Shown here piece by piece: positions 29,101-37,949 of a stretch of 64,000 nucleotides of DNA. A program made the position numbers and the translations under genes. The stretch comes from a virus. Taxonomy: Duplodnaviria; Caudoviricetes. How positions within the stretch are numbered: the stretch's first letter is position 1; every line of letters begins with the position of its first letter. Where the stretch lies: IMG/VR virus record IMGVR_UViG_3300024252_000005; one strand, given 5' to 3'. The notes beneath the pieces were generated by a model. The model saw nothing but the letters and a program-made list of their open reading frames with translations, ran no database searches and was not told where the DNA came from.

Positions 29101-31218
29101 ACACAGAATACTGCTCTTATTAGTGCATCTGTTGCGACAGTAAACGAAGCTAAGTTAAATACTGTTTATATAACAAGAGCTGATAGAAATAAAACATCTG
29201 AGTTAAACCAAAATGTGTTGGTTGATATGCCTTTGAGGATATTACCAGCCCAAGCAAGCGTCGAGATGTTTGGTTGTCCATGGGTTAACTTCGGTCAGTA
29301 TATTTTTCTTGATTTTGAAACAGGCACAACAATTGACAATACGTATGCAGTTACAGGCATACAACATACAATAACTCCTGGCAAGTTTACAACACGTCTT
29401 TCGTTGAGTTATGGTGATGTATATGGAAAATATGAAGGATTTGCTGATACGTTTAGTCAAGCAATAAATAAGCTTCCGAAGACCCCTGATACTAAGCAAG
29501 AAAAAACAAAAAAAACGCAGGGCAAGAAGAAACAAAATGAGCCACAAATAGCAAAAATGTCTACAACAAAAATTTCAGATTTGGAAGATAAGACAACACA
29601 AATTACAGAAATGCCTACAACACAAATTACAGAAATGCCTACAACACAAATTACAGATTTGGAAGATAAGTCAACACCACTTAGAAATATAACAGAAATA
29701 CAAAAAATTAAATTAGCTAAAAAAAATAAGAAAGTTCGTACAATAACGCAAAATATTTTTGAATTTTCTATTGAAGACATTTTTAAAATAAATACTCCTG
29801 AAATTTTTGTTGATTTTTTAAGAATATTTAGTATCAGTCATGAAGGCAATGATATTTTAAATGCTAATGCTATTTTTAATTTTATAATAGGTGATAAGAA
29901 TAAAAATAGCAAATTAATTAATAAAATTATTAAAAACTATAATATATTAAATATTATAATTACTAAAGATAAAAATGCTAAAAATGTTTCATTTAAATCG
30001 AAGATCGTAAACAAAAAAAATAAAATAAGAACTTCTAATGCCAGATTTAATAGCAGACAACTTAAAGATAATTTTAAACAAATTTTAATTGACATTATCT
30101 GTCCTACAGATATTGCTGACTTTAGTATCACTTTAGATTTTGTTATTAATGCTATTAATAATGATTTTATAAAAAACAAAGTTAAACTTAATAATGAACG
30201 CAATTATTCTAGGCTTGAGAAAATAGATGAAAAAGGTAGATTATTTAATAGCTATGATTCAAAAAATCATATAATTAAAGAAAAAATAAGAAAAACAGTA
30301 TACGATGATCCTGAAAATAATTTGCAAGATGATGATTACTATAAGTACATGTTTTTAATAGTAGAAAAATATAAAAATTATGAAAATTTTTCAATTAAAA
30401 CAAGAGACTTTAGTAGTATATTAAATATTAATTTAAACTACAAAGAATCTAGTAATTCTTTTATCTTTAGTTACAAGCTAAAACAAGACATAGATAATTT
30501 TGGAAAACTTTTTGTACCTAGAGATATTTCTAAATCTATTGAATTAAGCAAATTAATAAATGTCCCAAATTCTTTATATCTTAAAGAATTTATTCAAAAG
30601 AAAAAAGACAATAATTTTTTAATTTTACTGAAAGATGAATCAGGTAAAAAATATTTTAAACTTTTTGATAAACAAGCAAAAGACACAAAATTCAATGAAA
30701 AAGAAATTTTTATTTCATATGCTAAAATGTATCATCTAATATATGAACAAAAGTTTAAAATGATTTATTCACAATTTGAAATTACAAAAAATCAAAAAGA
30801 TATGCAAGTCTATCTTGAACAAAATTATATGCTAATACCAGAAAAACCTGTAGATTTAAAAGTTAAAGAATTATCTATATTCAATGTTAAAGGTTATAGC
30901 TTAAATTTAATTGAAATTAACAATATTATGAAATTACAACAATCTAGTCGAATGGTAAGAAATATTATTGTAAGAAAATCTATAAATAAATATGAAGTAA
31001 ATGCTGCGTGGAAAGCCATTTTTAGTTTAGGTGAAGAAATTACAACACTAGAAAACTTTTTTATAATCAAGATTAAAGAAGAAGATTTATCTGAAGTGAT
31101 AAGTGCAATTGTATTAAAATTATCAGATAGGATCTATAGAGAAAAATTTAAGCATATTTTAGCTGCTCTTACAACATACAGCGAAATAAAACTTGGCAAA
31201 TCATATGTTTTAAATTAA
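26176..31218 (+). CDS. Large baseplate hub-like protein with long AT-rich C-terminal extension
   Basis: Follows the LysM gene; GCPW..FGQ.IF.D....DNTYAVTGI.H.I.PGKF.T.L hub-type motif near 29270-29410. Confidence 0.55.
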   Translation: MTTGPDKLTASKEIDKINYGRSFNVLENANASDYLQSFSYEEIIKRNFNKKDSELNQMSRDSKDKFFVMLSNIFQSVTTKGFTTYEIVEYISDSMKEISGKDKIIIKSVLSNTLAVFHKDYSTDPNINDEVAKLILYSKGSEVQNQFGTANGQKTDDYNTSKLINFDTDDKTKSKKTEKDKSIFSKLNTEHQSPRKDAPSLSVVMLNDRNLRCGTRNALEISSFFNLITTLEYAKAYPFFNATFILPNQSKQDVTNIFKTATLNQFMFGSRKEGTTSSYKDFEGAIVKDDDKIGVNTNLSVFMHPQTMVNMNEKTGHRDVYNSKDKRLRITSIHDKTRPFMTLKDFTIDVSPTKGLMSFKTGKISLVLHDRTRMADIAPFIKPDLFGAFGAEIAVEYGWIHNSGQEKDKNGNFINPIGAFLDSSRCIEKYIIVNSQFTIENNGQVNINLSIAMKGPVDVRQTEIFSDAEKLVQKNKFDSAYTRYSELIFELKKIIGGSASPFNFNTTVSNASNLFQGKTVQKRNVKSLKSAIRKIDSAISTFNKFALSDDKHIISSKNAAIPPAKINAMTPYFSGITISSNATFNNNNQIVVGENEAESVYSLLSSIKTQISRIRTILRGFVISIDSFEERIQNYTKSLIGGTESEMFNDKVFAKDNEALLPASYSHKNYITLGTFISSLVGTHMVSTEKYDEIQLIFHTVNEKSGLAGKNNLNIASLPIKKDFLEAFLRNLFEKNARLTLESLISQVIINFVLTKDNPYYGLSDIFSRKEFNSPVKESSPKRKRAVKDTPDERLNKIYYGDDKDSYEKNPQFIPPSVHLTFDTLTNPDNDSFERTICRITVYDRNDNPYQELSNIYNSNIKKDFNRINALSRLINKQKNIESKIKAYESTRPRTRRDRRSKKKNLTKLKKELAKHNKGSITDIQTKVLELTEGQDALFEQVTENGETFYRFREGVQFTDLKEKYKYIIPSATFATQNTALISASVATVNEAKLNTVYITRADRNKTSELNQNVLVDMPLRILPAQASVEMFGCPWVNFGQYIFLDFETGTTIDNTYAVTGIQHTITPGKFTTRLSLSYGDVYGKYEGFADTFSQAINKLPKTPDTKQEKTKKTQGKKKQNEPQIAKMSTTKISDLEDKTTQITEMPTTQITEMPTTQITDLEDKSTPLRNITEIQKIKLAKKNKKVRTITQNIFEFSIEDIFKINTPEIFVDFLRIFSISHEGNDILNANAIFNFIIGDKNKNSKLINKIIKNYNILNIIITKDKNAKNVSFKSKIVNKKNKIRTSNARFNSRQLKDNFKQILIDIICPTDIADFSITLDFVINAINNDFIKNKVKLNNERNYSRLEKIDEKGRLFNSYDSKNHIIKEKIRKTVYDDPENNLQDDDYYKYMFLIVEKYKNYENFSIKTRDFSSILNINLNYKESSNSFIFSYKLKQDIDNFGKLFVPRDISKSIELSKLINVPNSLYLKEFIQKKKDNNFLILLKDESGKKYFKLFDKQAKDTKFNEKEIFISYAKMYHLIYEQKFKMIYSQFEITKNQKDMQVYLEQNYMLIPEKPVDLKVKELSIFNVKGYSLNLIEINNIMKLQQSSRMVRNIIVRKSINKYEVNAAWKAIFSLGEEITTLENFFIIKIKEEDLSEVISAIVLKLSDRIYREKFKHILAALTTYSEIKLGKSYVLN
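29563..29670 (+). repeat. In-frame tandem repeat of 30/24/24/30-nt units
   Basis: ACAACACAAATTACAGAAATGCCT exact twice (29593-29640), flanked by near-identical units ending GATTTGGAAGATAAG. Confidence 0.9.
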
Positions 31219-31254
31219 ATGTAAATTTAAACTTTAAATTATAATATACGATAT

Positions 31255-32322
31255 ATGAATATTGATAATTTAAAGTTATATAAAATAAAAAGATTAGATA
31301 AGTATAAAAAATATACTCACTTTTTTAATTGCATATATGAAAGTTGTTTTGACTTATTAGAAACTTTACCTAAAAACGTAAAGTTAGAATATGAAGAAGA
31401 TCTAATATGCTCAATAAATGAAGCAGAAAATTTAGATAAAGAATCAGACTATTTAAATAAGTTTAAAAGCTATAACTTTCTATTTGACAATTTAAATGCA
31501 GGAAAAATTAATGCTTTGACGTACAAAGCTTTTCTAGAAGTAGAGCAAAATGAAACAATTAAAAGTATACTAAGAACGTTTAAACCTGTAGATTCGTATG
31601 CTAAAAAAGTATCTTATAATAGAGTTAGCAACGTATCAGGTCGGCTTGTTGTAAATAACGGGCCTAACATACTAACACTACCAAAAAGATGCAGATCTAT
31701 TCTTGAGTCAAGATTTAAAAGTGGAAAAATAATGAGTGTTGACTTTAATGCGCTAGAGCCTAGGCTATGCTTAAAGTTAAACAATAAAGACACAGAAGGT
31801 GACATATATAATTTAATAAATAACATGTTAGAGTATGATGATATTGATAGATCTGTTATTAAAAGAGCCATAATATCAGTTTTGTATGGCGCACATTATT
31901 CTTCTTTAAAAAATATATCTCCTGAGAAGGCAAAAGAAATATTTGATTGTATTAAAGAGATGTTCGGAGTTAATAATATACTTGAAATATCAAAAAACAT
32001 AGATTCTCTTGGGTTTAGAAGAAACTATTTCGGTAGACCTTTATGGAATCTAGAAGAAGACAAAGAGCATATATTAATAAATAATTATATACAGTCATCA
32101 GCTGTAGATATTGCATTGACTTATTTTACAGATCTGGTTAAAGAAGTAGATAATAATTTAGCTGTTCCTTTGTATATACTTCATGATGCTATTATATTCG
32201 ATGTTTCAGATGAGTATTCAAATAATTTTGTAAATATTATTAAAAATGGGTATAATAATGACAAACTTGGTAAATTTCCTCTAAAGATAGAAATATTTAA
32301 TCATAATATTAGAGGAGAATAA
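31255..32322 (+). CDS. Family A DNA polymerase-like protein (polymerase domain only)
   Basis: SGRL, motif A DFNALEPR, motif B R..IK.....LYG, motif C LHDAIIFDV. Confidence 0.75.
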   Translation: MNIDNLKLYKIKRLDKYKKYTHFFNCIYESCFDLLETLPKNVKLEYEEDLICSINEAENLDKESDYLNKFKSYNFLFDNLNAGKINALTYKAFLEVEQNETIKSILRTFKPVDSYAKKVSYNRVSNVSGRLVVNNGPNILTLPKRCRSILESRFKSGKIMSVDFNALEPRLCLKLNNKDTEGDIYNLINNMLEYDDIDRSVIKRAIISVLYGAHYSSLKNISPEKAKEIFDCIKEMFGVNNILEISKNIDSLGFRRNYFGRPLWNLEEDKEHILINNYIQSSAVDIALTYFTDLVKEVDNNLAVPLYILHDAIIFDVSDEYSNNFVNIIKNGYNNDKLGKFPLKIEIFNHNIRGE

Positions 32323-32324
32323 AA

Positions 32325-32576
32325 ATGAATAACGTTAAATCACATGTATTACATCAAGTAGCAGCAAGATATATTTGTGGAAAACAAGTTGAATTATCTT
32401 TAGAAGGAAGCAATATCCAGCTAGAGTGCTTTCAAGACTTGCTAGAAACATCAAAGATCTTGAAAGAAACATTAGATAACGAAAACAATCTAGATAAAGT
32501 TAAAAGCTTGCTAGAAAAGAAAAAAATATTAACCAAAAAATTTCAAAATTTAACAGGGATTACATGGAAGCTTTAA
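32325..32576 (+). CDS. Hypothetical protein
   Basis: GAGGAG SD; coupled to its neighbours. Confidence 0.7.
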   Translation: MNNVKSHVLHQVAARYICGKQVELSLEGSNIQLECFQDLLETSKILKETLDNENNLDKVKSLLEKKKILTKKFQNLTGITWKL

Positions 32577-33175
32577 AGCAAAGAAACATCGAAAAACTTT
32601 GGACAAACTATACAAAGCTAGCTAGCTTTTTAAAAGACGAAAGTTTTGAAAAGTTACTAGAAGAGCAAGGGCAAAGAATCATTGAGTGTTCTTACTCGCA
32701 AAGAGCAAAAGAACCTTTTTGTGGCATTGGTGGACTTGTCGAGTATTCTTTAGAATTACTTAAAACAGCGAAGACATTAAACGAAGCTCTAGGATATCAA
32801 GTTTCGCCAAATAGTCTAATCAAAGCATCATTCATTTCAGATATTGGAAGGATTGGAACATTACAAGAAGAACGATTTGTAATATGCACATCTGATTGGC
32901 ACAAGGAAAAGCTAGGGCAGTTTTACGATTGGAACGAGAATTGCGAAAAATATGTAGTTCAAGACATGTCATTATGGTATGCGCAGAAATACCAGATTGA
33001 TCTCAGCTGGAATGAATGGCAGTCTGTATTATTATCTAAAGATTTTGCAAACGATGAAAACAGGTTTTATTCTGATTATCGGTGCAGATTATCTATTGTA
33101 TTAAACATGGCTAAGCAAGCTGTGTTAAAAAATGAAAAAGATACTGTAGATGGATTCTATACATTGCCTTTTTAA
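32564..33175 (+). CDS. HD-domain-like protein with degenerate metal ligands
   Basis: GGLVEYSL and SDIGRIG align with GGL..HSL and HDIGK of HD proteins. Confidence 0.5.
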   Translation: MEALKQRNIEKLWTNYTKLASFLKDESFEKLLEEQGQRIIECSYSQRAKEPFCGIGGLVEYSLELLKTAKTLNEALGYQVSPNSLIKASFISDIGRIGTLQEERFVICTSDWHKEKLGQFYDWNENCEKYVVQDMSLWYAQKYQIDLSWNEWQSVLLSKDFANDENRFYSDYRCRLSIVLNMAKQAVLKNEKDTVDGFYTLPF

Positions 33176-33210
33176 GTTAATATATATGTATAAGTCTAAA
33201 GAGGTTTAAT

Positions 33211-34830
33211 ATGCATAAAGATTTATACGAAAAGATTCTAAAAGAGTTACTTGATTTAAATGAGTTTAGCTCAATGGGTGGAGGAGCTGTTGGTGGAGTT
33301 TCTACACCATTAGGTACAGTCACTACAGCTGGAAAAGGTGGGGGCGGTATATATAAAAAGTCAACAGCAACTGATAAGCAGCATAGATCAAAAGGTAAAA
33401 AGAAAAAGACATATAACAGATCTGTTCAATGGTATCTTAAAAATGGAGGAGAAAAAGGTAGAAAACGATCGTTAAAAGAAAGTTTGAGTTTCTTATTTGA
33501 GGGCAAAACACCGCAATTAGAAAACTTATCTAAAGATCAGATTTTAGCATTTATTGAGCACATGTTGGGTAATGCTGTAGAAGGCTATGAAATAGATATG
33601 ACTGAAAAGTTTAGTGGTCAACACGTTTCAGTTTTAGTTGGGCCTACTCAATATAGATATAGTAGAAGACAAAGAAAAACTGTATCTAAAGGCCCGATGG
33701 TTTTTGTTGCAATAAAGCAAATGTTTGATGACGTAAAGAAAAAGCTTATAAGTAAAGGTAAACCGTCAACGAATATTGATGTTATGAAAGCAAAGTTTAG
33801 TGACATATATACGCCTGAAGAATTTGCAAACAGTAGAGCTAGCAGAAGAAATCAATATGATTGGTATAGATTCCTTAACAAAAAAGGTGCATCAGGCGCA
33901 ATTCTAAACGCTTTTAAGCACTCTTACCCACACAAACTCCCGTCAGGAACATACAAATACTTTGGAATAGAGTCTCTAAAAGCTGATGATAGAAAAGGCG
34001 ACTATATTTCATATAATATTCAAGGAAGAAAAGAATACGCTGTTGTATACTCTGGCGACTTCACTGAAGACGATGCTAAAGCTATGACAAACCCAAGATA
34101 TAATATTACTTTTATGAGTCCCGAGCAAGCTTCAAGATTCCCTCAAATTACTGAAGATTATATACAACAGCTAAACAGTATTAAGCAGAAAATTGAAGAT
34201 TATGCTGGTAGAGCATTTAAAAGATTTGTAGCTGAAGAAGTAAAACCACAAATAGCAGACTTGTTAATGTCTTCACTGGGAGGATCTTTGGTTGCTCAAG
34301 ACTCACCATTTGAAGGCTTGTTTGTTTCTATAAAAGATCAGATTGGATTTAAAATACCTAATCCTTCTTACAGAGACTTGCAAAGAATACAGTCACCATT
34401 TGCTGCAGCATTTGACAAAGATTCAATTGACACAAGAAAAGCAGCAAGAAGTTTACTTGAAGTTGCTAAAGCTATTAGTACAGAAAATGCTAATGACATA
34501 ACAAGCAGTGAAGTAAGAAAAACATCAACTGGATATCACATTTTAAACTATTTTGCAACACTTAGTAATTTAAAACTTCAGCTATATCTAAGAGTATTCT
34601 TTTCTCCACAAGAGTTTAATCAATTAACACAAGAATTAGCTAGCTTAATCAAGAATCCTACAGCTTCTTTATCAGGTCAAATAATTAATACTATATCTTA
34701 TAAAGTAAAATCAAAAGACTGGCATGTAACAACAGATCAAGATTCATATGAAAATGAAAATGTCCAGACAATATCAGCTTCTTTAAATACACTTCTGCGA
34801 AAAATAGAAGAAATTAAAAATTTAAGATAA
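33211..34830 (+). CDS. Hypothetical protein, probably head-packaged
   Basis: LNEFSSMGGGAVGG N-terminus; TEKFSG resembles a nucleotidyltransferase KxDG motif. Confidence 0.6.
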   Translation: MHKDLYEKILKELLDLNEFSSMGGGAVGGVSTPLGTVTTAGKGGGGIYKKSTATDKQHRSKGKKKKTYNRSVQWYLKNGGEKGRKRSLKESLSFLFEGKTPQLENLSKDQILAFIEHMLGNAVEGYEIDMTEKFSGQHVSVLVGPTQYRYSRRQRKTVSKGPMVFVAIKQMFDDVKKKLISKGKPSTNIDVMKAKFSDIYTPEEFANSRASRRNQYDWYRFLNKKGASGAILNAFKHSYPHKLPSGTYKYFGIESLKADDRKGDYISYNIQGRKEYAVVYSGDFTEDDAKAMTNPRYNITFMSPEQASRFPQITEDYIQQLNSIKQKIEDYAGRAFKRFVAEEVKPQIADLLMSSLGGSLVAQDSPFEGLFVSIKDQIGFKIPNPSYRDLQRIQSPFAAAFDKDSIDTRKAARSLLEVAKAISTENANDITSSEVRKTSTGYHILNYFATLSNLKLQLYLRVFFSPQEFNQLTQELASLIKNPTASLSGQIINTISYKVKSKDWHVTTDQDSYENENVQTISASLNTLLRKIEEIKNLR

Positions 34831-34835
34831 ATTCA

Positions 34836-34865
34836 CGTGTAAATTAAATAATAATATACTATAAT
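34836..34865 (+). promoter_or_regulatory. Sigma70-like promoter CGTGTAAATT...TATAAT
   Basis: TGTAAA 34838-34843, 16-nt spacer, TATAAT 34860-34865; upstream of SSB. Confidence 0.7.
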
Positions 34866-34949
34866 GGCAACATGATTGGTAGCCATTCAACCAATTAAAA
34901 ATTAACAAATTAAAATATAAAATTTATAAAATTATGAGAGGACAATATA

Positions 34950-35747
34950 ATGGCAATTGACATGAACGCAATTCGTAAGAAGCTTAACCAACTTAGCGGA
35001 CAGAATTCAAAAAAGAATACAATGTGGCGACCTGAAGAAGGCACAGAATCAACTATTCGTCTTATGGCCTATCCTGATAATGATGGACAGCCGTTTAAAG
35101 AGCTTATGTTCTATTATAATATTGGTAATAACCCAGGATTACTTGCACCTTACCAGTTTAGCAAGCCAGATCCAATCCAAGAGTTGATTACAAAGCTCCG
35201 TGATGAAGGTTCGAAAGAATCTTACGAGCTAGCAAAGAAGCTTTATCCGAAAATGAGATGTTACGCACCTGTAATTGTTCGCGGTGAAGAAGAAAAAGGC
35301 GTTCGGCTTTGGGCATTTGGAAAGACTGTTTACCAGACTCTTCTCAATTATATGCTTGATGAAGACTATGGTGACATTACTGATCCTACTGAAGGTCGTG
35401 ATGTAAAGGTTATCTGTACAAAGAACCCAGGACAAATGTGGACAACTACAGATGTAAGACCTCGAGGCAAGGAAACTCCATTGTCAGAAGATCAATCACA
35501 AACAAAGAAGTGGATGGATAACATTCCAAATGTAAATGATTTATTTGAGCTTAAGCAGTATGAAGAGCTAGAGCGAATTATCAATGCTTGGCTTAATGAT
35601 GATGAAGAAGACAAGGAAGAAACATCACGAGGTGGTTCTTGGGGCAAAGACAAGCCCAATGAAAATAAAAAGGATGACTCTCCTGATGCTATTAATCAAA
35701 AGTACGGCGATCTAGATGCAGCATTTGCTGATCTTGAAAGTCTTTAA
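34950..35747 (+). CDS. Single-stranded DNA-binding protein (T4 gp32-like)
   Basis: W.P.EG....IRL, DPI.E, GV.LW.FGK, YGDITDP.EGRD, acidic C-terminus. Confidence 0.8.
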   Translation: MAIDMNAIRKKLNQLSGQNSKKNTMWRPEEGTESTIRLMAYPDNDGQPFKELMFYYNIGNNPGLLAPYQFSKPDPIQELITKLRDEGSKESYELAKKLYPKMRCYAPVIVRGEEEKGVRLWAFGKTVYQTLLNYMLDEDYGDITDPTEGRDVKVICTKNPGQMWTTTDVRPRGKETPLSEDQSQTKKWMDNIPNVNDLFELKQYEELERIINAWLNDDEEDKEETSRGGSWGKDKPNENKKDDSPDAINQKYGDLDAAFADLESL

Positions 35748-35766
35748 GGGGTAGTAGTTAGAAAAC

Positions 35767-36975
35767 ATGGCTAAAAAGAAAAAGTCTGTAGAAAAAGAAC
35801 AGTTAGATGACTTTACATCTGATTTAATTAAGTCCTTAAACAAAGAAAGAGGTTCTAGAGTAGCTTACAATCTAAGCACAGATGACTCTCCAACACATGT
35901 AAACAGGTGGATTAGTACAGGGTCTAAGCAACTAGACTACATGATATCTAACCAGAAAGACGGAGGTCTGCCAGAAGGCAGAATTGTAGAAATCTTTGGA
36001 CCACCTAGCATTGGAAAGTCTCATATTGCAACTCAGATTGCAAAGTCTACACAGCAAATGGGTGGAATAGTTGTATATATCGACACAGAAAATGCAACAT
36101 CAGTAGAAAACTTAAGATCACTTGGTGTTGACATTAAGAAAAGGTTTGTATATGTAGATACACATTGCACTGAAGAAGTATTGTCAATTGCTGAAAGCAC
36201 TATTATTAAAGCAAAGGCAATGGATAAAGATGTTCCTGTTACTATTATATGGGATTCTGTCGCAGCAACTTCGCCTAAAGCAGAGTTATCAGGTGACTAT
36301 GACCAGAATTCTATTGGATTACAAGCTAGAGCTATTTCTAAGGGTATGAGAAAGATTACAGGTGTAATTGCAAACGAAAAAGTTCTAATGGTATGTCTAA
36401 ATCAGATTAGAACAAAAGTAGGCGTATTATACGGTGATCCAACAACAACGCCCGGAGGAATGGCAATACCTTTCCACAGTTCAGTTAGAATTAAGTTGGG
36501 TGCTGGTTCTCAAATTCTTAATAAAAACAAAGAACCTATCGGAATAAACGTTTCAGCAAAGACTATTAAGAATAAAGTCTCAGCGCCATTTCGTAAATGC
36601 GACTTTGAAATTCACTTTGGTAAAGGAATTAAAGAGCATGAACAGGTTTTTGACTTATTAAGAAAACATGGAGAAGATCAAGTTGATAACTATAGTATTG
36701 AAATAAGTGGTGCTGGTGCATGGAAAAATTTATTAGTAACGACTTTAGATACAGGTGATGTAATTGCAGAAAAGAAATTTTATAAAGCAGACTTTCATGA
36801 AATTATTTCTCATCCAGAGTATGGTCAATACGTAGACATGCTTTTAGAAAAAGTTATGATTAGAAAGAACGAAACTGAAGATCCTGATATTGATCCAGAG
36901 AGCTATTCTGAAATAGCTGCTGTTGCTGATCACATTATTGACACTGATGATGAAGCATTTGACATGTTAAAGTAA
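35767..36975 (+). CDS. recA: RecA/UvsX recombinase
   Basis: GGLPEGRIVEIFGPPSIGKS, YIDTE, WDSVAA, NQIR, TPGG, KNKV. Confidence 0.95.
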   Translation: MAKKKKSVEKEQLDDFTSDLIKSLNKERGSRVAYNLSTDDSPTHVNRWISTGSKQLDYMISNQKDGGLPEGRIVEIFGPPSIGKSHIATQIAKSTQQMGGIVVYIDTENATSVENLRSLGVDIKKRFVYVDTHCTEEVLSIAESTIIKAKAMDKDVPVTIIWDSVAATSPKAELSGDYDQNSIGLQARAISKGMRKITGVIANEKVLMVCLNQIRTKVGVLYGDPTTTPGGMAIPFHSSVRIKLGAGSQILNKNKEPIGINVSAKTIKNKVSAPFRKCDFEIHFGKGIKEHEQVFDLLRKHGEDQVDNYSIEISGAGAWKNLLVTTLDTGDVIAEKKFYKADFHEIISHPEYGQYVDMLLEKVMIRKNETEDPDIDPESYSEIAAVADHIIDTDDEAFDMLK

Positions 36976-36980
36976 GGTAT

Positions 36981-37949
36981 ATGCAAAACAAAAGGCCTGT
37001 AATTTATATAGATGGCTTGAATGTTTTTATGCGTCACTTTGCGGCTAATCCTGCAAAAAGTTTAAATGGTCAATTATGCGGAGGAATATTTGGTTTCCTT
37101 AGAAACATTGACCATTTATGCAGCAAATTTAATCCTATTAGAGTAATTGTTGCATGGGAAGGGGGAGGCTCATTGAAAAGAAGAGCAATAGACCCTAACT
37201 ATAAAAATGGCAGGCGACCCGTAAAACTAAATAGAAGCTACTATAGTGAAGTTCCTAACACAGTTGACGATAGAAATAATCAATTAAAAGTACTTATTGA
37301 AATTCTTTACGAAACGCCAGTAACTCAAATATACGCGAGCGATTGTGAAGCTGATGATGTGATATCGTATCTTGTTAAAACAAAAAGAACAGACCATAGA
37401 AAAATAATTGTGACATCAGACAAAGACTATTATCAGTTAATAGACAAAGACACAACTATTTGGTCTCCAAATAAGAAGAAATTAATAGATGAAAAATATG
37501 TATTAGACAAGTGGAATATAAGCACGCAAAACTTTTGCCTAGCAAGATGTTTTGTTGGTGATAAAAGTGACGGCCTTAAAGGTGTTAAAGGAGCTGGGTT
37601 TAAAACTATGGCAAATCGATTTCCAGAATTAAGTACAGTAAAGGAATTAACAATAGATGATATAATTAATGAGTCAAATAAAAAAGTTAATTCTAGTTGT
37701 AAAATAAAGCTATTTGATAATATAATAAATAGTGAGAAAACAATTAGAATTAACTGGAAATTAATGTATTTAGACTCTCTTATGTTAAGCGCCGATCAAG
37801 TTAAAAAAATAAACTATCAATTTGAAAATAAGGCATCTAAAACTAATAAAATGAAAGTTTTAAAAACGATAAATAGAGAAGGCCTGAATTCTTTTGATAT
37901 ACATTCTTTTCTAATTTCAGTAAATTCATGCTTAAGGGACAATTATTAA
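36981..37949 (+). CDS. 5'-3' exonuclease / RNase H (FEN family)
   Basis: IDGLN, YKNGR, EADDVI, SDKDYYQL, GDKSD. Confidence 0.9.
   Translation: MQNKRPVIYIDGLNVFMRHFAANPAKSLNGQLCGGIFGFLRNIDHLCSKFNPIRVIVAWEGGGSLKRRAIDPNYKNGRRPVKLNRSYYSEVPNTVDDRNNQLKVLIEILYETPVTQIYASDCEADDVISYLVKTKRTDHRKIIVTSDKDYYQLIDKDTTIWSPNKKKLIDEKYVLDKWNISTQNFCLARCFVGDKSDGLKGVKGAGFKTMANRFPELSTVKELTIDDIINESNKKVNSSCKIKLFDNIINSEKTIRINWKLMYLDSLMLSADQVKKINYQFENKASKTNKMKVLKTINREGLNSFDIHSFLISVNSCLRDNY

Noticed and set aside
29563-29670. CRISPR array
   Set aside because: The repeats are contiguous, in frame and have no unique spacers; no other repeat-spacer array or cas gene was seen
3185-31218. Bacterial extracellular contractile injection system or tailocin
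   Set aside because: Neck proteins plus contiguous SSB, RecA, DnaB, RNR and DnaE genes indicate a complete lytic myovirus genome
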